Positions 25,816 to 38,520 of a stretch of DNA of 64,000 nt are shown here, in pieces; position 1 is the first letter of the stretch, and every line of letters starts with the position of its first letter. Under the pieces are notes generated by a model. That model was not told where the DNA came from, ran no database searches, and was given only the letters and a program-made list of their open reading frames with translations. Source of the stretch: Epiperipatus broadwayi. Its lineage: Eukaryota; Animalia; Onychophora. Location of the stretch: the NCBI GenBank assembly GCA_028023455.1, contig JAQFVV010000006.1, forward strand, positions 6,200,001-6,264,000, given 5' to 3'. Position numbers and translations under genes: made by a program.

Positions 25816-26459
25816 TATTGGATAACTGTGGAAAGTTTGAAAGTCTGACATCAAGTATATATATATATTAGATAGCTGTTAAGAAGTTTGAAAGCCTGAG
25901 TTTAAGTATGTATATATGTAGAATATATATATGAAGTTCATTATTCAGCGTAGTTTTACTTTCCACACAAGAGAGATTGCATCTAAATGCAGCGAATACA
26001 TATGTATTGTAAAACAATCACTTATTATTATTACAATGCCTTATTCAAATCTGACAAAATCATTATATTACATACATAACATATAAATGAAATGTTGCAT
26101 AAATAACATTTCTAAATAATCAGTTACGCTTATGTAAAGATATTGGAATTACAAATAGTAACAGATGTGAATATGGGCAAATATTTTTTTTTCCTTTTAT
26201 TAAAATTTATTTATATAATATATATTATACATATTGTGCATTTTCCACTATTCCACAATCAAATAAGATTTGAAAGGAAATATATATATATATGAGATTT
26301 ATAAGTTTGTGTGTGCAATGCTTCCTAACAACATAAAACTATTCCCTATTTTATGATGTAGTCCCAAATTTGAGAATGCTAAAATAAATCTTATTGGGAG
26401 AAAGGGGACAAGCAATAGCCCAACACTATCAGTTATCTAAGATTAATAAGATGTGGCAC

Positions 26460-29400
26460 AATGCACTATGGCTACTCCTTTATCGAAATCAAGGAATCTC
26501 TCAGCCACTATACCCAGAGAAAACTGTTAATACCTTACCTTCCTTTTCCATTCCCCATTCGTAAGTTTTTCCCATATTTTTCTCTGTCCTGCTACATCCC
26601 AATTCCACAACATCATCTTTGTCCACTCTATGACTTTTATTAGATCCCCCCCCCTTATTTTTTCAAACCCAGACTAAAAACCAGCCCATTTTCTGCATAA
26701 TCACTTTATTTATATTTATTCTCCCACAAGATTATTTGTATCCTTTCTGCTTGTAAGCATTTACATTCAATTAGCAATGCCTAATATTTTCCATGTCTTT
26801 CTTATATAACTTGCAGACTAAATTACCCACATTTCTCTATTTATATATTATTATCTTCTTGCTAACAATTATGTTCAAGACTTAAATAGTAAACTACTTC
26901 TCTTGCTATTATCATAAATTAACTCACACCAATATTCTGTTTACTTCTATATATATTTAAAATCTTTTTACTCTCCATACTTGTTCTCCATCTCTCCAAT
27001 ACCCAGTTTTTTTATTAATGAATGTATTCTTCTATCCCATTCTTTGCCACTATAACATTCAACAATTCTCTTATCACAATCATCCCACCTTTTGTATGTG
27101 TATACTGACATAATTTCTTTATCCAAATCTTCTGCATACCATACTACCTTTCTCACCCTTCTTGTTGCCTGTCCTTTACTTATAATGCAATTAAATGCTA
27201 TTTGGGCTATTATTTTATTATCCATAAATTGCAATCTACCAAACATTTTCCTTTTGCTTTTTGCATCTCTTTTATAAAAACTTGACATCTCCTTTTCCCC
27301 TTGAATTCCCTCCTCTGCTCTCTATACATTGTTTTTTTTTGTACCCTCCCTCCCTTTTTTTTTTTTTTTTAAAAAATATTACATACCTATTCAAATATAT
27401 ATAAAACATCATTATTAACACTACCTCTCAAACTGCCTTTGATATAATTCTTACTGCTATGTCACATTTATTATAAGAAAACCCTGTTAATTTCTTTATC
27501 AGTCCCTTTCTTTCTTTTTTTCTTTATTTATCAATTTTTTCTCCCATTCATCCAAGAAAATTCCTCTTATTTCTTAAAATGATTCCCAAATAGCTAGACC
27601 TATTCACCACATTTAACTTTATATCCCCAATATAAAAAAAAATCTCTTTTCCTTCCCCAGTATTTATTATTACTTTTGATTTTTCTTCACTAAATTTAAC
27701 CCTCACCTCTTTACCCACCTTTGCAAACATTTTCAGCATAACATCCATATCTTCCCTACTTTCAGTGCACAAAGAAAATATCCACAAATAAAAGACCTGA
27801 TAATATATATATATATATATATATATTCCCTTTCCATCTATGATTGGTATATCTACCCCTCCTTTCTAGTCTTTCTATTGCTCTCTCCATTTCTCTCAAA
27901 TGTAACAAAAACAAAATAGATGACATAGGACATCCTGGCTTTAGTCCCACCCTATTTTTAACTCTGATTCCATAATTGATATGTATAGTAATTATTTTCA
28001 TACAATCTTTTACTAAGATCCACTAAAACTCCACACATTCCCAGATTTACTAAACTTACCCATAATCTATTTCTATTTACTCTATCATATGCCCTCCCTG
28101 TACACCATATATAACTGTTTACCTGTATTCCTACTCATATCTATAAGTTGTATGACTACAAATAAACTATCTCCTAAACACCTATTCAATCGGAAACCTC
28201 CTTGCATTTCTCCCATTATATTATTTTCTTCCATCCATTTTGCCACTCTTCCTGCCATCATATATGCAAAAACTTTATATAACACTGATGCTACCTACCA
28301 CTATTGGTCTATAATTGTTTAACTTTCAATTGTCATTACCCTTTCCTTCAAATACTAGCTTTACTCTTGTATTATTCCGGCTATCTGGAAATTCTGTTTT
28401 CTATGCTATCTTATTAAAACATGATAATATATTTAATTTTGCTCTATTTACCAAATTCATCTCCATCTCTACTGCCCATCCATCTAAACCTCTTGTCTTT
28501 CCACTTTTCAATTTCTTCTCTATCTCATTCAATTTATTTTCTGTAAATCTAATATTTCCATTATTATGTGCTTTTATGTTTGTTATCACTCTGTCCTTCA
28601 CATCTAACATCTTTTCTATATCCATTACATACTTATTTAAGATTGCCTGTAATTTTTCTCTAGAGCTATACTCTTCTTCCTCATCATTTAGTAATACTAT
28701 TTTTCTCTCACCTACATTCCTTCCTTTAATATATTTCCAATTTTTTTTTCCATGTGTCATAGCATCGGCCGGGAAGCAAACCTGCTAACTGCTTGTAAGG
28801 CAGCTGTGCTGAGCGCTCAACCACCAACACTTGACATATATTTCCAAATTTTTTTACTCCCATCTCTTACAGTTTTATTAATATCCTCCAATAAATTACT
28901 ATTTAATTTCATTCCCTCTACATAATTATTCATTTTAGCCAACTTCTTTTTTTAAAATAGTTTTCCCATTTAGTATTAACATCTTTTCCATTTTCTTTGT
29001 TTTAAATAGTACATTTATATTCTCTGCTTGCTTTTTCTTTTCTATTACACTTTTACTAATTTTTACTTTTTTATTACTTTTATTTTTCTGAATATTGTCA
29101 CCTAAAGCCAAATTTGCCACTTTATTCACCACATCAGTTCTTATATTCATCCCCAACAAATTATTCCATGATTTCTTCCATTTTTATTTTATATTAGTCT
29201 AAATTGTTCTTATTATTCATTCTCCATCCACATCTTTCACTATTCTTTCTACTTTTATTACTATTTCCCATCACATTACTAATCATTTCTATTATAAAGA
29301 AATTATTTATTACTATTACATACTCTCTCATCATTATCAAACATTTTAATTTTCCATACTTTATTCATTCCTTCTTGCTCTACTAATACATAATCTATTG

Positions 29401-30942
29401 TGTTAAATATATTATTTCTAGATCATGTGTACTGTAACTCATAAATATTTGGATATATTTCCAATACTCAAATTCACTCTCTGACAAAAAAAATTCAAAA
29501 GCTGTCTATTCTTATATCACCAATTTCTTCAATATTTCCATTCTCTATAACCATTATTTTCTTCCCCTTTTTTTGAAATCTGTAAATTCTTAACTAGGCA
29601 TTCATATATGCTACTGTTCCATTCCATAATAGTTTGACTATCTCCAATGGCCATATACACTATAACCACCATCCATTCTTGTCTTCCTAACCTTATCTCA
29701 AACCACAAATATTCTTGACACTTTACAGTATTTAAATATTTTTTATATAACTCCTATACCACTACTCCCTTTTTTTCCTATTTATACTCTGCCTTACCAA
29801 ATCTTCCGGGGTATGTTTTTCTTCTCTTCGATGTGTATTCCACTACTGCTAATATCTCAAGCCCTTCATTTTTTACTGCTTCATTTAATTCCAGAAACGT
29901 TTCTGGTCTCCTATCATCTTGGATATTCAAATATCCAATTTTAACAAATTCTTCCTTTCTTACTATCCTTTTATAAATTCTTTTGACTTTTTCTTCTCTA
30001 TTACATTTGTAATTAGCTTGATTATTATTAGTTTTATAGACTTATTCCCTTTCCACATCTATATTTATATCTGGATCAGCTACCCTTTGTTTACTTCTGA
30101 CATTCTGTCCATTCTTAACCTTCTTTTTGATAATACTGTAATTCAAAATCCTATCCCTGTTTATAAGTTTTCCAAACTATAATATTTTTCATAAATCAAA
30201 CCCCCTAATGCTTCACTTCCTTATTTTGCTAATTGCAATCCATCTTTATCACATAACTCCCTTTTATTAATAAAAAAAATCCCACACATCCACAAACATA
30301 ATATTATTTCTCTAGCATAATTTTTTTAATATCTCATTTATAGAAAAAGCCCTATTTAACATATACCTATTGTCGAATCTTGGTAGTAATCCAACTACTA
30401 CTACTCTTAGTATAACCTTATTCAAATTATTAATCAATTCTTTGAACTCATCAATTATTCTTTCTGATGGCTCTGACAAATTATTTGACCCTATCATAAC
30501 ATAAACATGTCTATTCTCCTGTTTTTTTTTACTTCATCTGCAACATCCCTAATTCTAGCTCCAGGCATACATACTCTTACATAACTATTTCTATTTTCCC
30601 TTGCAATTACACCTTCACATTCTACAATTAGTGAGTCCCTTATCAAGATAATCTCATAGTTTACTTTCCCTACTTCATCTATAACATTCTCTTCCACCTT
30701 CTGAACTTCCTTATCATTTCTATTCATTAATTCCTTGATCGGCTCACACTTCATGCCTAACACTTTTAATTTTACTTCTACTTCCTTTATCATTTTCTCT
30801 ATCTTACTTATTCATTGTCTACTTATTTAGTCATTCATATTCCTTGTCACTCCACTAAATATATATAGCATTCTATCATCCTTATTTAATTTTCCTCCAT
30901 TTTTCATGACTTTTCTTTAATACTTTGGTAACACTACACTAC
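26460..30942 (-). mobile_element. Decayed near full-length LINE with SGNH/GDSL esterase ORF1 and APE-RT ORF2 ending in a Cys/His motif (RTEX-like, tentative)
   Basis: ORF1 pieces IILIRDSL...VCMPGARIRDV and IGSNNL...VVVGLLPR (30312-30793). RT pieces KSGKTRGLDG, EMQGGFR, GLKPGCPMSSILF, SYLGIIL. Same 3' end as the 13.5 and 56.2 kb copies. Confidence 0.8.
28741..28835 (-). mobile_element. tRNA-Gly-derived SINE (TAC) nested in the LINE, 12-bp TSD
   Basis: ATATATTTCCAA at 28729-28740 and 28836-28847. T tract at the left end. GCTGCCTTACAAGCAG anticodon arm. Confidence 0.9.
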
Positions 30943-31809
30943 GAATTCCTAGTTACTCATTATATTTTAGGCTTCGAACTTAATATGATATACTTTAGTG
31001 ATACAAACCTACAGTTGTCACAGAACACACAACCTGAATTTAAACATAGTTGAATTTTGTATATCATAAACAAACCCATAACATTTGCATGATGCTTAAC
31101 TTTTTATTAGTTAATGTAATATAAAAATAAAACTCTCATTAATAATAATAACAATAGACTATATTTTCTTAATCTATAAAAAATATATAATTCATTTGAA
31201 TCTAGGTTGGGTAAAAGTTTGTTTTTTTCAAGTTTCAATCACAAATAAAATAGTCGGTAGCCAATACAGTTATGGTCGGTAAATAAGTGCACACCTAACC
31301 AAATTCTCATGAGTACTACCATGTCTTTCATTATTTCTTTTAACAGCTATTTTAAAGATTGTGTTACCTTTTTATTCATATAAGGGTAAAGTCATTACAA
31401 AATTCAATTCCTCTATTCAATTTCTGCCATCTGTGAAAGCATGAAAATTCTCCAAAATTTGTCAAATAAATACAATTAATCGTATATATTCCCAAACAGT
31501 TAGTTATACTTATTTCAGTTCATATTTCACTTTAGCTCAATCTTATGGCAACTATCCATCATCCAAGTGATCAGACCTACCTCTCACTCACTTGATGTAT
31601 TTTTTAAAATAACCACTTCACTCTTTTTTCCAAATGAATAAGACATCTGAGCTCATATTTTAATTTTTAAAGTACATATGCACTATTTTTATTAGATGCA
31701 GGGATTCCATCTTTATTATTAAAAAGTTGCTTTGACAACAGTTTGAAATTGTTGATTAAGTATTGACTTGTTTTTAATTTTATATATATATATAATAAAA
31801 TTTCAGATG

Positions 31810-32150
31810 TCTATTTTATCACAATATCCTGAAACATATGCTCAAAGATATATGAATAAGATAAATGATACCCAAGATACACATTTTATGCTGAACCAGC
31901 ACTCATTAGTTGGCCCAGATTACAATTTTATAGATATATCTTTATCATTTGTTCAGTACATATATATATATATATATAGTATATATCTTTATCATTTGTT
32001 CAGTACATATATATATATATATATCAGTAGAAAACTATGATAGTTTAACTGACAAAATTCAATTTTCTGCATTCACAACTTTGATACCAACCACTTTGTA
32101 AAAATATAATAACTTTCACTAATCATTCATTAAACTAGAGATTATCTCTA
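31810..32150 (-). mobile_element. Hammerhead family A2 copy (decayed core)
   Basis: Minus: CCAA CTAATGA GTGCTG GTT CAGCAT AAAA TGTGTAT C TTGG (G5 and G12 lost). A2 flanks CAACTTTGATAC and ACTAGAGATTATC. Internal ~45-bp direct duplication near 31935-32024. Confidence 0.7.
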
Positions 32151-33393
32151 GCCCATATTTATATTCTTCAATTTTCAATTAATAATATATAACAAGGATT
32201 AACCAAACCTAATGCTATTCAAATAAATTAATGTTAATCTGCAAATTCTGTTTTTAAAGCTTTGGATTATAAATTATTTGGGGGTTTTCAAAGTATAGAT
32301 CTTTTACCGTTTTATTGTAAAATGAACCTCTGCTAAGATACACAAAAACAGGCAGTTCATTACGATTAGGTGTCTTAATTTATAGGTATTTACCATGTGA
32401 TTTGGTGCAGTGGTTGCAGAACTTGATCTCAAGATGCGTAGATCTTGGCCCTGTTTCGCTGCTTTAATGCTTAAACTACCCAAACAATGAAGTCGTTCAA
32501 CTTTTTTTTTGTTTTTTTGCAAATCTTTGTAAATATGAGGCTGATTGAAAAGCCAATATTGATGCATAAGTTAAGAATATAAGTAAAATAGGCTAAGATT
32601 ATAATGCACTAATTAATACTGTTAAGAAATTTTATTAAAAAAAAAAAAAGACAGTCTCGCTACAACAGACTGATAATAAACCTTGGATAAGTCCGTCTTT
32701 CATTCCATAGCTTTCACAAAGAAAATGAAAAAGGTCTGGGCTAACATGTACAATATCAGCTTGAGAATCCCTCTAATCTCAATAGATCATTAAGCAACGC
32801 AAAGGACAAGTTATCTCAAGATCAAACCCCTAAATGATGTATAAAATTGGACGCAACAATGCTTCTTGTAGATTGTATACTATGGAAAGTCTCGTGCAAA
32901 TATCGCCTCGAGAGTTACACAACATATTTATATAGACATGCAAAAAATGATTCCGAGTTTAAATCAGTTTTTCTAGAACAGGAGTCTAGCTACATCTTTG
33001 TCTCAATAAAGGTTAACATTGTGTGTATATTAAACATGAGAACAGAAAGCGAAAGATAAAGGAGACATGATTCATCTCTAACAGTCCCCATGCAATCAAC
33101 AAAAACGAAAATAGTGTGAAGTTATCTAAAAAAACAGAATATTTAAATCAACAACTTATCTAATTTGTGTTCCAATTTAATTCCACCAAGCTTCCAGTAG
33201 TTCATGAGTGCTATGAATCAGGCTTTACCGACCAAAAGTATGTTCAGCATGTCTTAGGAAATCAACATAGAATAATCATTTCTTAAGACAATATTCAAAA
33301 CATTTGCATATTGTTATTACAATTACCATAAATTAAGATAAAAAAATCATTTTCAATTATAATTTATTTATTGCAAAAGGTTAAAGGTGCTCT

Positions 33394-34140
33394 TTGAAAT
33401 CTCGTTTTGGAGAGACGTTTTTAAATAAATATGACAAACCACTTGAGGTCAGAGGATTCACCCATCCAAACTCCAATTCGCCAACTTCACATAAATTCAT
33501 GGGTCTGAATGCATTTTTATTTAGGAATCTTCATTTATGCAAGTTCAAAGCTGATAGGAAGGATAATATCTCAAGCTACATCAAAGATCTATTAAATGTA
33601 GGCTTTAACTACAGATTGATTACCAAGAAGATTAATCAATTTTTTAAAAAATCAACAGCTAACAACATAACTAAAGACAAAACTCAAATCACCCTTCCTT
33701 ACATCTCCAAAGTAGCTAAATACCTCATTAAAACTTTATCTAAGGTATTTAAAGTTGGTTTTCACACACACCCCAACACAAACATACATCAATAATATGA
33801 AGGACAAGAGTGACCCAACCCAGATGCCCTAGGTTATATATAGAATTTCATGCCCTCATGCCAGATACAGCACCACATATTATGGGGAAACTAAGGCCAC
33901 TGTCAATAATAGCCACTCAGCATATGTATGCATATAGAAGAGCACAAAAGAACAATGACAACATTTCAATATTCCTCAAACAGGAGAAGCAGAATGGTCA
34001 TAGGTTAGAACCTTCCAACCCCAAAATTGTGTGCACTGAAACAACTGCAAAAGGAAGATAAAAGAAGTGTATTTTATCATCAATGACAATAACGCAATTA
34101 ATAGACATGACACATGCTTCACTATTTCCAGGAAATGGAC
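33394..34140 (+). pseudogene. Penelope-like element remnant: RT C-terminal region and GIY-YIG endonuclease
   Basis: ORF 33394-33795 ends QITLPYISK..VFKVGF (PLE linker). 33833-33895 encodes VIYRISCPHARYSTTYYGETK. After a frameshift come IEEHKR and EVYFI..INR. Stops and frameshifts present. Confidence 0.75.
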
Positions 34141-35254
34141 AAGCTGGTTAATTTACATATACATTTGCATATATTACCATTTAATAATATCACAACTACT
34201 ACTATTTTGGCTATGATTATGAGGGATAACACCTCCAAAGTGCTTAGCCTGGATTAACTCATTTTGATTGTTTGCTATTAACAGCTTCTTCAAACAACAT
34301 TTTAAAGCACTTGTATATAATATATATTATATAAATAATAAAATGCTGTTGCAAAACATATTCTTACATGTATTTCAAAATCAGATGGTTCAATGGTGTA
34401 ATAATTAACACATGATACAGGACAGATATTGAATCTATTCAAGTGAATCCTAGCTTAGAAGTGTTATTTCGGGTAGTTAATCTATAATAAGTCAATTATC
34501 TCTCCGGTATTGGTCAATAAATTCAAAACTAATTATTATTAAATTAGAACATGATTTCAGGTAAATCTGGATTAGTCATATTGGTGATGTCTGTAAAAAA
34601 CAAAATATATAATCTTCATGAGATGAGGGAGAGCATATTTATATGGCTGCAAAGCAAATGAATATTAATAGAATATCAGCAACTTGTTGTCAATGCAATG
34701 CTGTCTAATAGTGTTGCCTTGACAACAGTTTGACTACTATTTCCACTTTTTAATTGTGAGAATTGTGGGGATATAATTTTCATGAATCCATGTACTGCCT
34801 AACTGTATATTACTTTGACAACAGATTGCTGATATTCTATTGGTTTGTTTAAGCATGATGCCTGTGGTGATGTAATATATACATATTCTGCATATCACGG
34901 CTGATAATTTCTTTATCTTGTTTATCCATCTCACATGTGATTTCCCCCGCTGGTTTTTTTACCATCGGAAAAAGGGGGAGGGGTACAGTTTAAACCATCC
35001 AACTATTGTCTTTAACAACATTGACAAAAATATCAATTATATCTGTTTATTCTTTCATACGTTGATTCTACCTCTGGTTCCTTCTTGCTACTTTCAATAT
35101 ACAAGCTCTATACAACGGTTGTGAGACCTGGAATCGGATAGTGCAAAATGATGTGTTACAGATAGCGCTGCTATAGAATTTTAACAACTGATAACAAATT
35201 AACGTGATTAAATTAAACAATTGCATTGAGTTAAGTCAATAACTTTCAATAATA

Positions 35255-35400
35255 AAATGGCTTTATTTCTCGAGAACTCATAAGAAATTGCGAGAACCGG
35301 AAGTGTCAATATCATGAGGTTCGCGTACCGGAAATGTCAGCACCAGAAACGATCCGAGGCCCTTAAACTCCGGAGTCTGACACCCCATCATCGCACTAAA
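35255..35400. promoter_or_regulatory. CpG-rich promoter-like patch with two ETS sites
   Basis: ACCGGAAGTG at 35296-35305, ACCGGAAATG at 35327-35336, TCTCGAGA palindrome at 35268-35275. Confidence 0.4.
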
Positions 35401-36148
35401 TTACCCAGGCAATAACTTTCAATTTTCGACCACAAAGAAATCTAATTTCTCAAAATTTAATTAAAAAAATAACGACCGTCTTTTAAAGGTAGTAATGTCT
35501 GAATAATAAATTATTGACAGTTTATAATTATTAGTCTGTTTCTGCTTCTTCTTTTTTTACTTTTAAAATTTCATTTATATTTAACTCTCTTTGAGAATCA
35601 ATCTATTGAGAAATCTTTGGTCAGAGGCCAATAAGCTTTACCCGACTAGCGCTGAACCGGCAATAACTGAGCCTTTGAATTGAAAACAGTAGCTATATAA
35701 GCAAAATGGATCAAATTTAACAACACGTGATTCGCTAATTAAACAATTTTTGATCAATAGAATTGCTAACAATAAACAAAAAAGGAAAGATGCAGACCTT
35801 TTTCAAAAGTTGTAAATAATATGCAGTATTGAAAGAAAAACTATTTTAACTTTAAATAAATAAAAACAAAATAAGCAAATACTATTAAAGCTATTCATTT
35901 TTAACATATACAATAGCGACACCTATACGTCATATGCCAAATCCTTAAAATGCTATTTATACTGTTAAGCAAATCTGGGTTTAATCATGCCCAGAGCCTT
36001 CGCTATTGTTAAGTAAATCAGGCAGCTAGGCTGCAAAGTTCAAGAAGGGGTATAATCCGCATATTTAAAAACCACCGTTTCATACAGAGTAAGTGTTTTT
36101 GCGAAAATAAATTTGTTTTTTTTACTTTTTTCACAAGGCAAGTTGTTA

Positions 36149-36556
36149 ATTTTTATTAGTCATTCATTAGACTAGAGATTATCCACTTAATGAATAATAT
36201 TTCTGTAATGTAATTTTCAGTATTCCATTCTCACACAGAGTAGGGACTGGTTTACATCTGCTTTTAACACATTGCAGAGGAATGTAATCAAAAACATATG
36301 ACCAAGGATATGTAAAAATGACATATGATTTCCAAGATACCATTTTATGCTGAACTAGCACTCATTTGTTCCAGATTACAATCTCTTATACTGTACATAT
36401 CTTTAGCATTGTTTAGAATATATAGATAGAGAATTACTATAGTTTAATTGATAAGTGTCAAACTTATTGTCCTCACAACTTTGACACAAACCACTTGATG
36501 GAAGTATATTAATAATTTTTATTAGTCATTTATTAGACTAGAGATTATCCATTTTT
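36149..36556 (-). mobile_element. Hammerhead family A2 element with terminal direct repeats and 12-bp TSD
   Basis: GGCAAGTTGTTA at 36137-36148 and 36557-36568. ATTTTTATTAGTCATT.ATTAGACTAGAGATTATCCA at both ends. Decayed hammerhead near 36330-36372. Confidence 0.85.
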
Positions 36557-38069
36557 GGCAAGTTGTTAGGGTTGTTTGGGGATTGTTTTTGCCTCCTATG
36601 ACACAAAATAACCATACTATCAAACTATAAAAAAAAAAAAAAAACTATTTTGAGTAAATAAACTCACATCATAATTTTGTAAGAAGATAAAAAAATATAA
36701 AGATAAATTATGGCACTGACTTTCATTTAATCACCTCAACATTAACTTCAGAATTTTATGTTTTAGATTAGTCTTTTATGGCCTTTTTCACAATGGGATT
36801 CTCTTTAAATATTTAGCTCCTTTTAAAGTAGATTGGCCATCTGCTCAGGGTGTCATATGTTTTCCATCAGCCAATAGATGTCACTCCCTTGCAAGTTTCC
36901 ATAGTGTGCAGAAATATCAATCTATTGTTTTCATAACCGAATGATTGCTTTTATTAGTAGCAGTAGATTAGAAAAACGAAATTTTGCCCAAAATTAAGAC
37001 TTCGTACTTTATTCTTTCATTTATTCAATTTGTTTTTTTGTATTTTAAGTTTATGAGTTCATAATTTTTTTTTTAAGTATTCTTGAACTTTTGTGAGGAT
37101 GTCATGACCTTCATTAATTGATGGATATCAAGATAAAAACCACTGCTCTAGATAATTAATAGTAGTTCATTTTAATTATTAATTTAGCCCTGTATAAATA
37201 GTGCAGACACTAATGTGATGGAACCATTATTCTGGTATCACATAATCTCTTGAGCAATGACCAATGAAAATAGAAAGAATAGGCATCAATCTAATTGGCT
37301 AAAAACAAATTCAATAACTGAATTCAATCCAAGATTAGTCATAGTTAAACAGACATGCTAATTACTGCATGATGACATCACTGGTAACTAGTATAATCAT
37401 CATTAGAAGGTTATTTGAAGACAATGGTAAATTACTGCTGATGATGAGCAAATTTTTTTATAGACTGATTATACTATTCACAACTATATGACTATTTGGA
37501 GTCAACAAACTTATTTTCAAGCAATTAATACTACATGTATCATTGATACCATAAATCACATGCTATTTCTTATGCTGCCTTCTGGCATCTATTGATTACT
37601 CTGGTTGGCACTGAATGGCACTACTGTATGGAGAGTTTTGCCTGTTTTGATACCATAAATATAAAGTTGAAATTTGAAGATTAGAAGGGAAATAGAATTC
37701 TTTACTTCTATGCCAAAATATCATGTGATCAACATATTAATTTCATTTAAGAAAAACCAAGTTTTTTAAAGAGAATCTGATTTTCACTTAGATTTAAACA
37801 ATTGATTTTGACCAGTGGTAAAGTGCTATATTAGTAATTGTTTGTCTCTTAAATATTAATTAGTTCCCCCCTTCAAAACTTATATAAGATGCACATTACA
37901 TCTGTAGGAACCTAATGGTAGCACAACTGGTTTATCAAACCATACATACACAAGCATGTAAATAAAGCTAGAAACAAACATCGAGGCAGAAAGAAATCCA
38001 ACAATAAATTCATCATTAACAATATATAATTCTGAAATAGGGATCTTGTTAGGTGATATTGGAAATTAA

Positions 38070-38520
38070 TATCAGACCTTCAGTTATACTATCCCCATAT
38101 ATTAAGTATTTTAGCTAAAGGCAAGTTAAAATTAACAGGAGAAAAGAAGCAATAACTTCCAAAGAACATTGTATCACTTGTGATTGTCAACAGAATTTAT
38201 TTATTAATATTTAAAGTTCAAAGATCTAGCCAGTAATACAAAATATGGACAAAGATGAGATAAAATTAGAATAAAGTACAATATTCAATGATTTTTAATG
38301 CCAGGAGATATTAACAAATGCAAATATATATGATTAGGAACCTGATATCGAAGCCAAAATTAGGACCAAAAGTATCAAAAGGATAGGTCATATGAAGTCA
38401 GTGGATGAAAAAGGAATAATGATGGTTACAGAAAGATTTCTTATTGAAAGAAGGCCAATGGAACATTTAACACCGAAAATTTGTGGTGATATAGAGAAAA
38501 ATCTAAAAGTCATGGAATTT
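38070..38520 (+). pseudogene. Old RTE LINE ORF C-terminal fragment
   Basis: From 38338 it translates EPDIEAKIRTKSIKRIGHMKSVDEKG...ERRP...DIEKNLKVM, matching the RTE-type EPDI..IK..RL.W.GHV.RM...RRP..D.E.DL tail. Confidence 0.55.

Noticed and set aside
28741-28847. Terminal inverted repeat ATATGTCA/TGACATAT around the tRNA-like SINE, suggesting a MITE
   Set aside because: Part of the match comes from the TSD. Only about 4-5 bp is element-encoded, and A tails with variable TSDs indicate retroposition.
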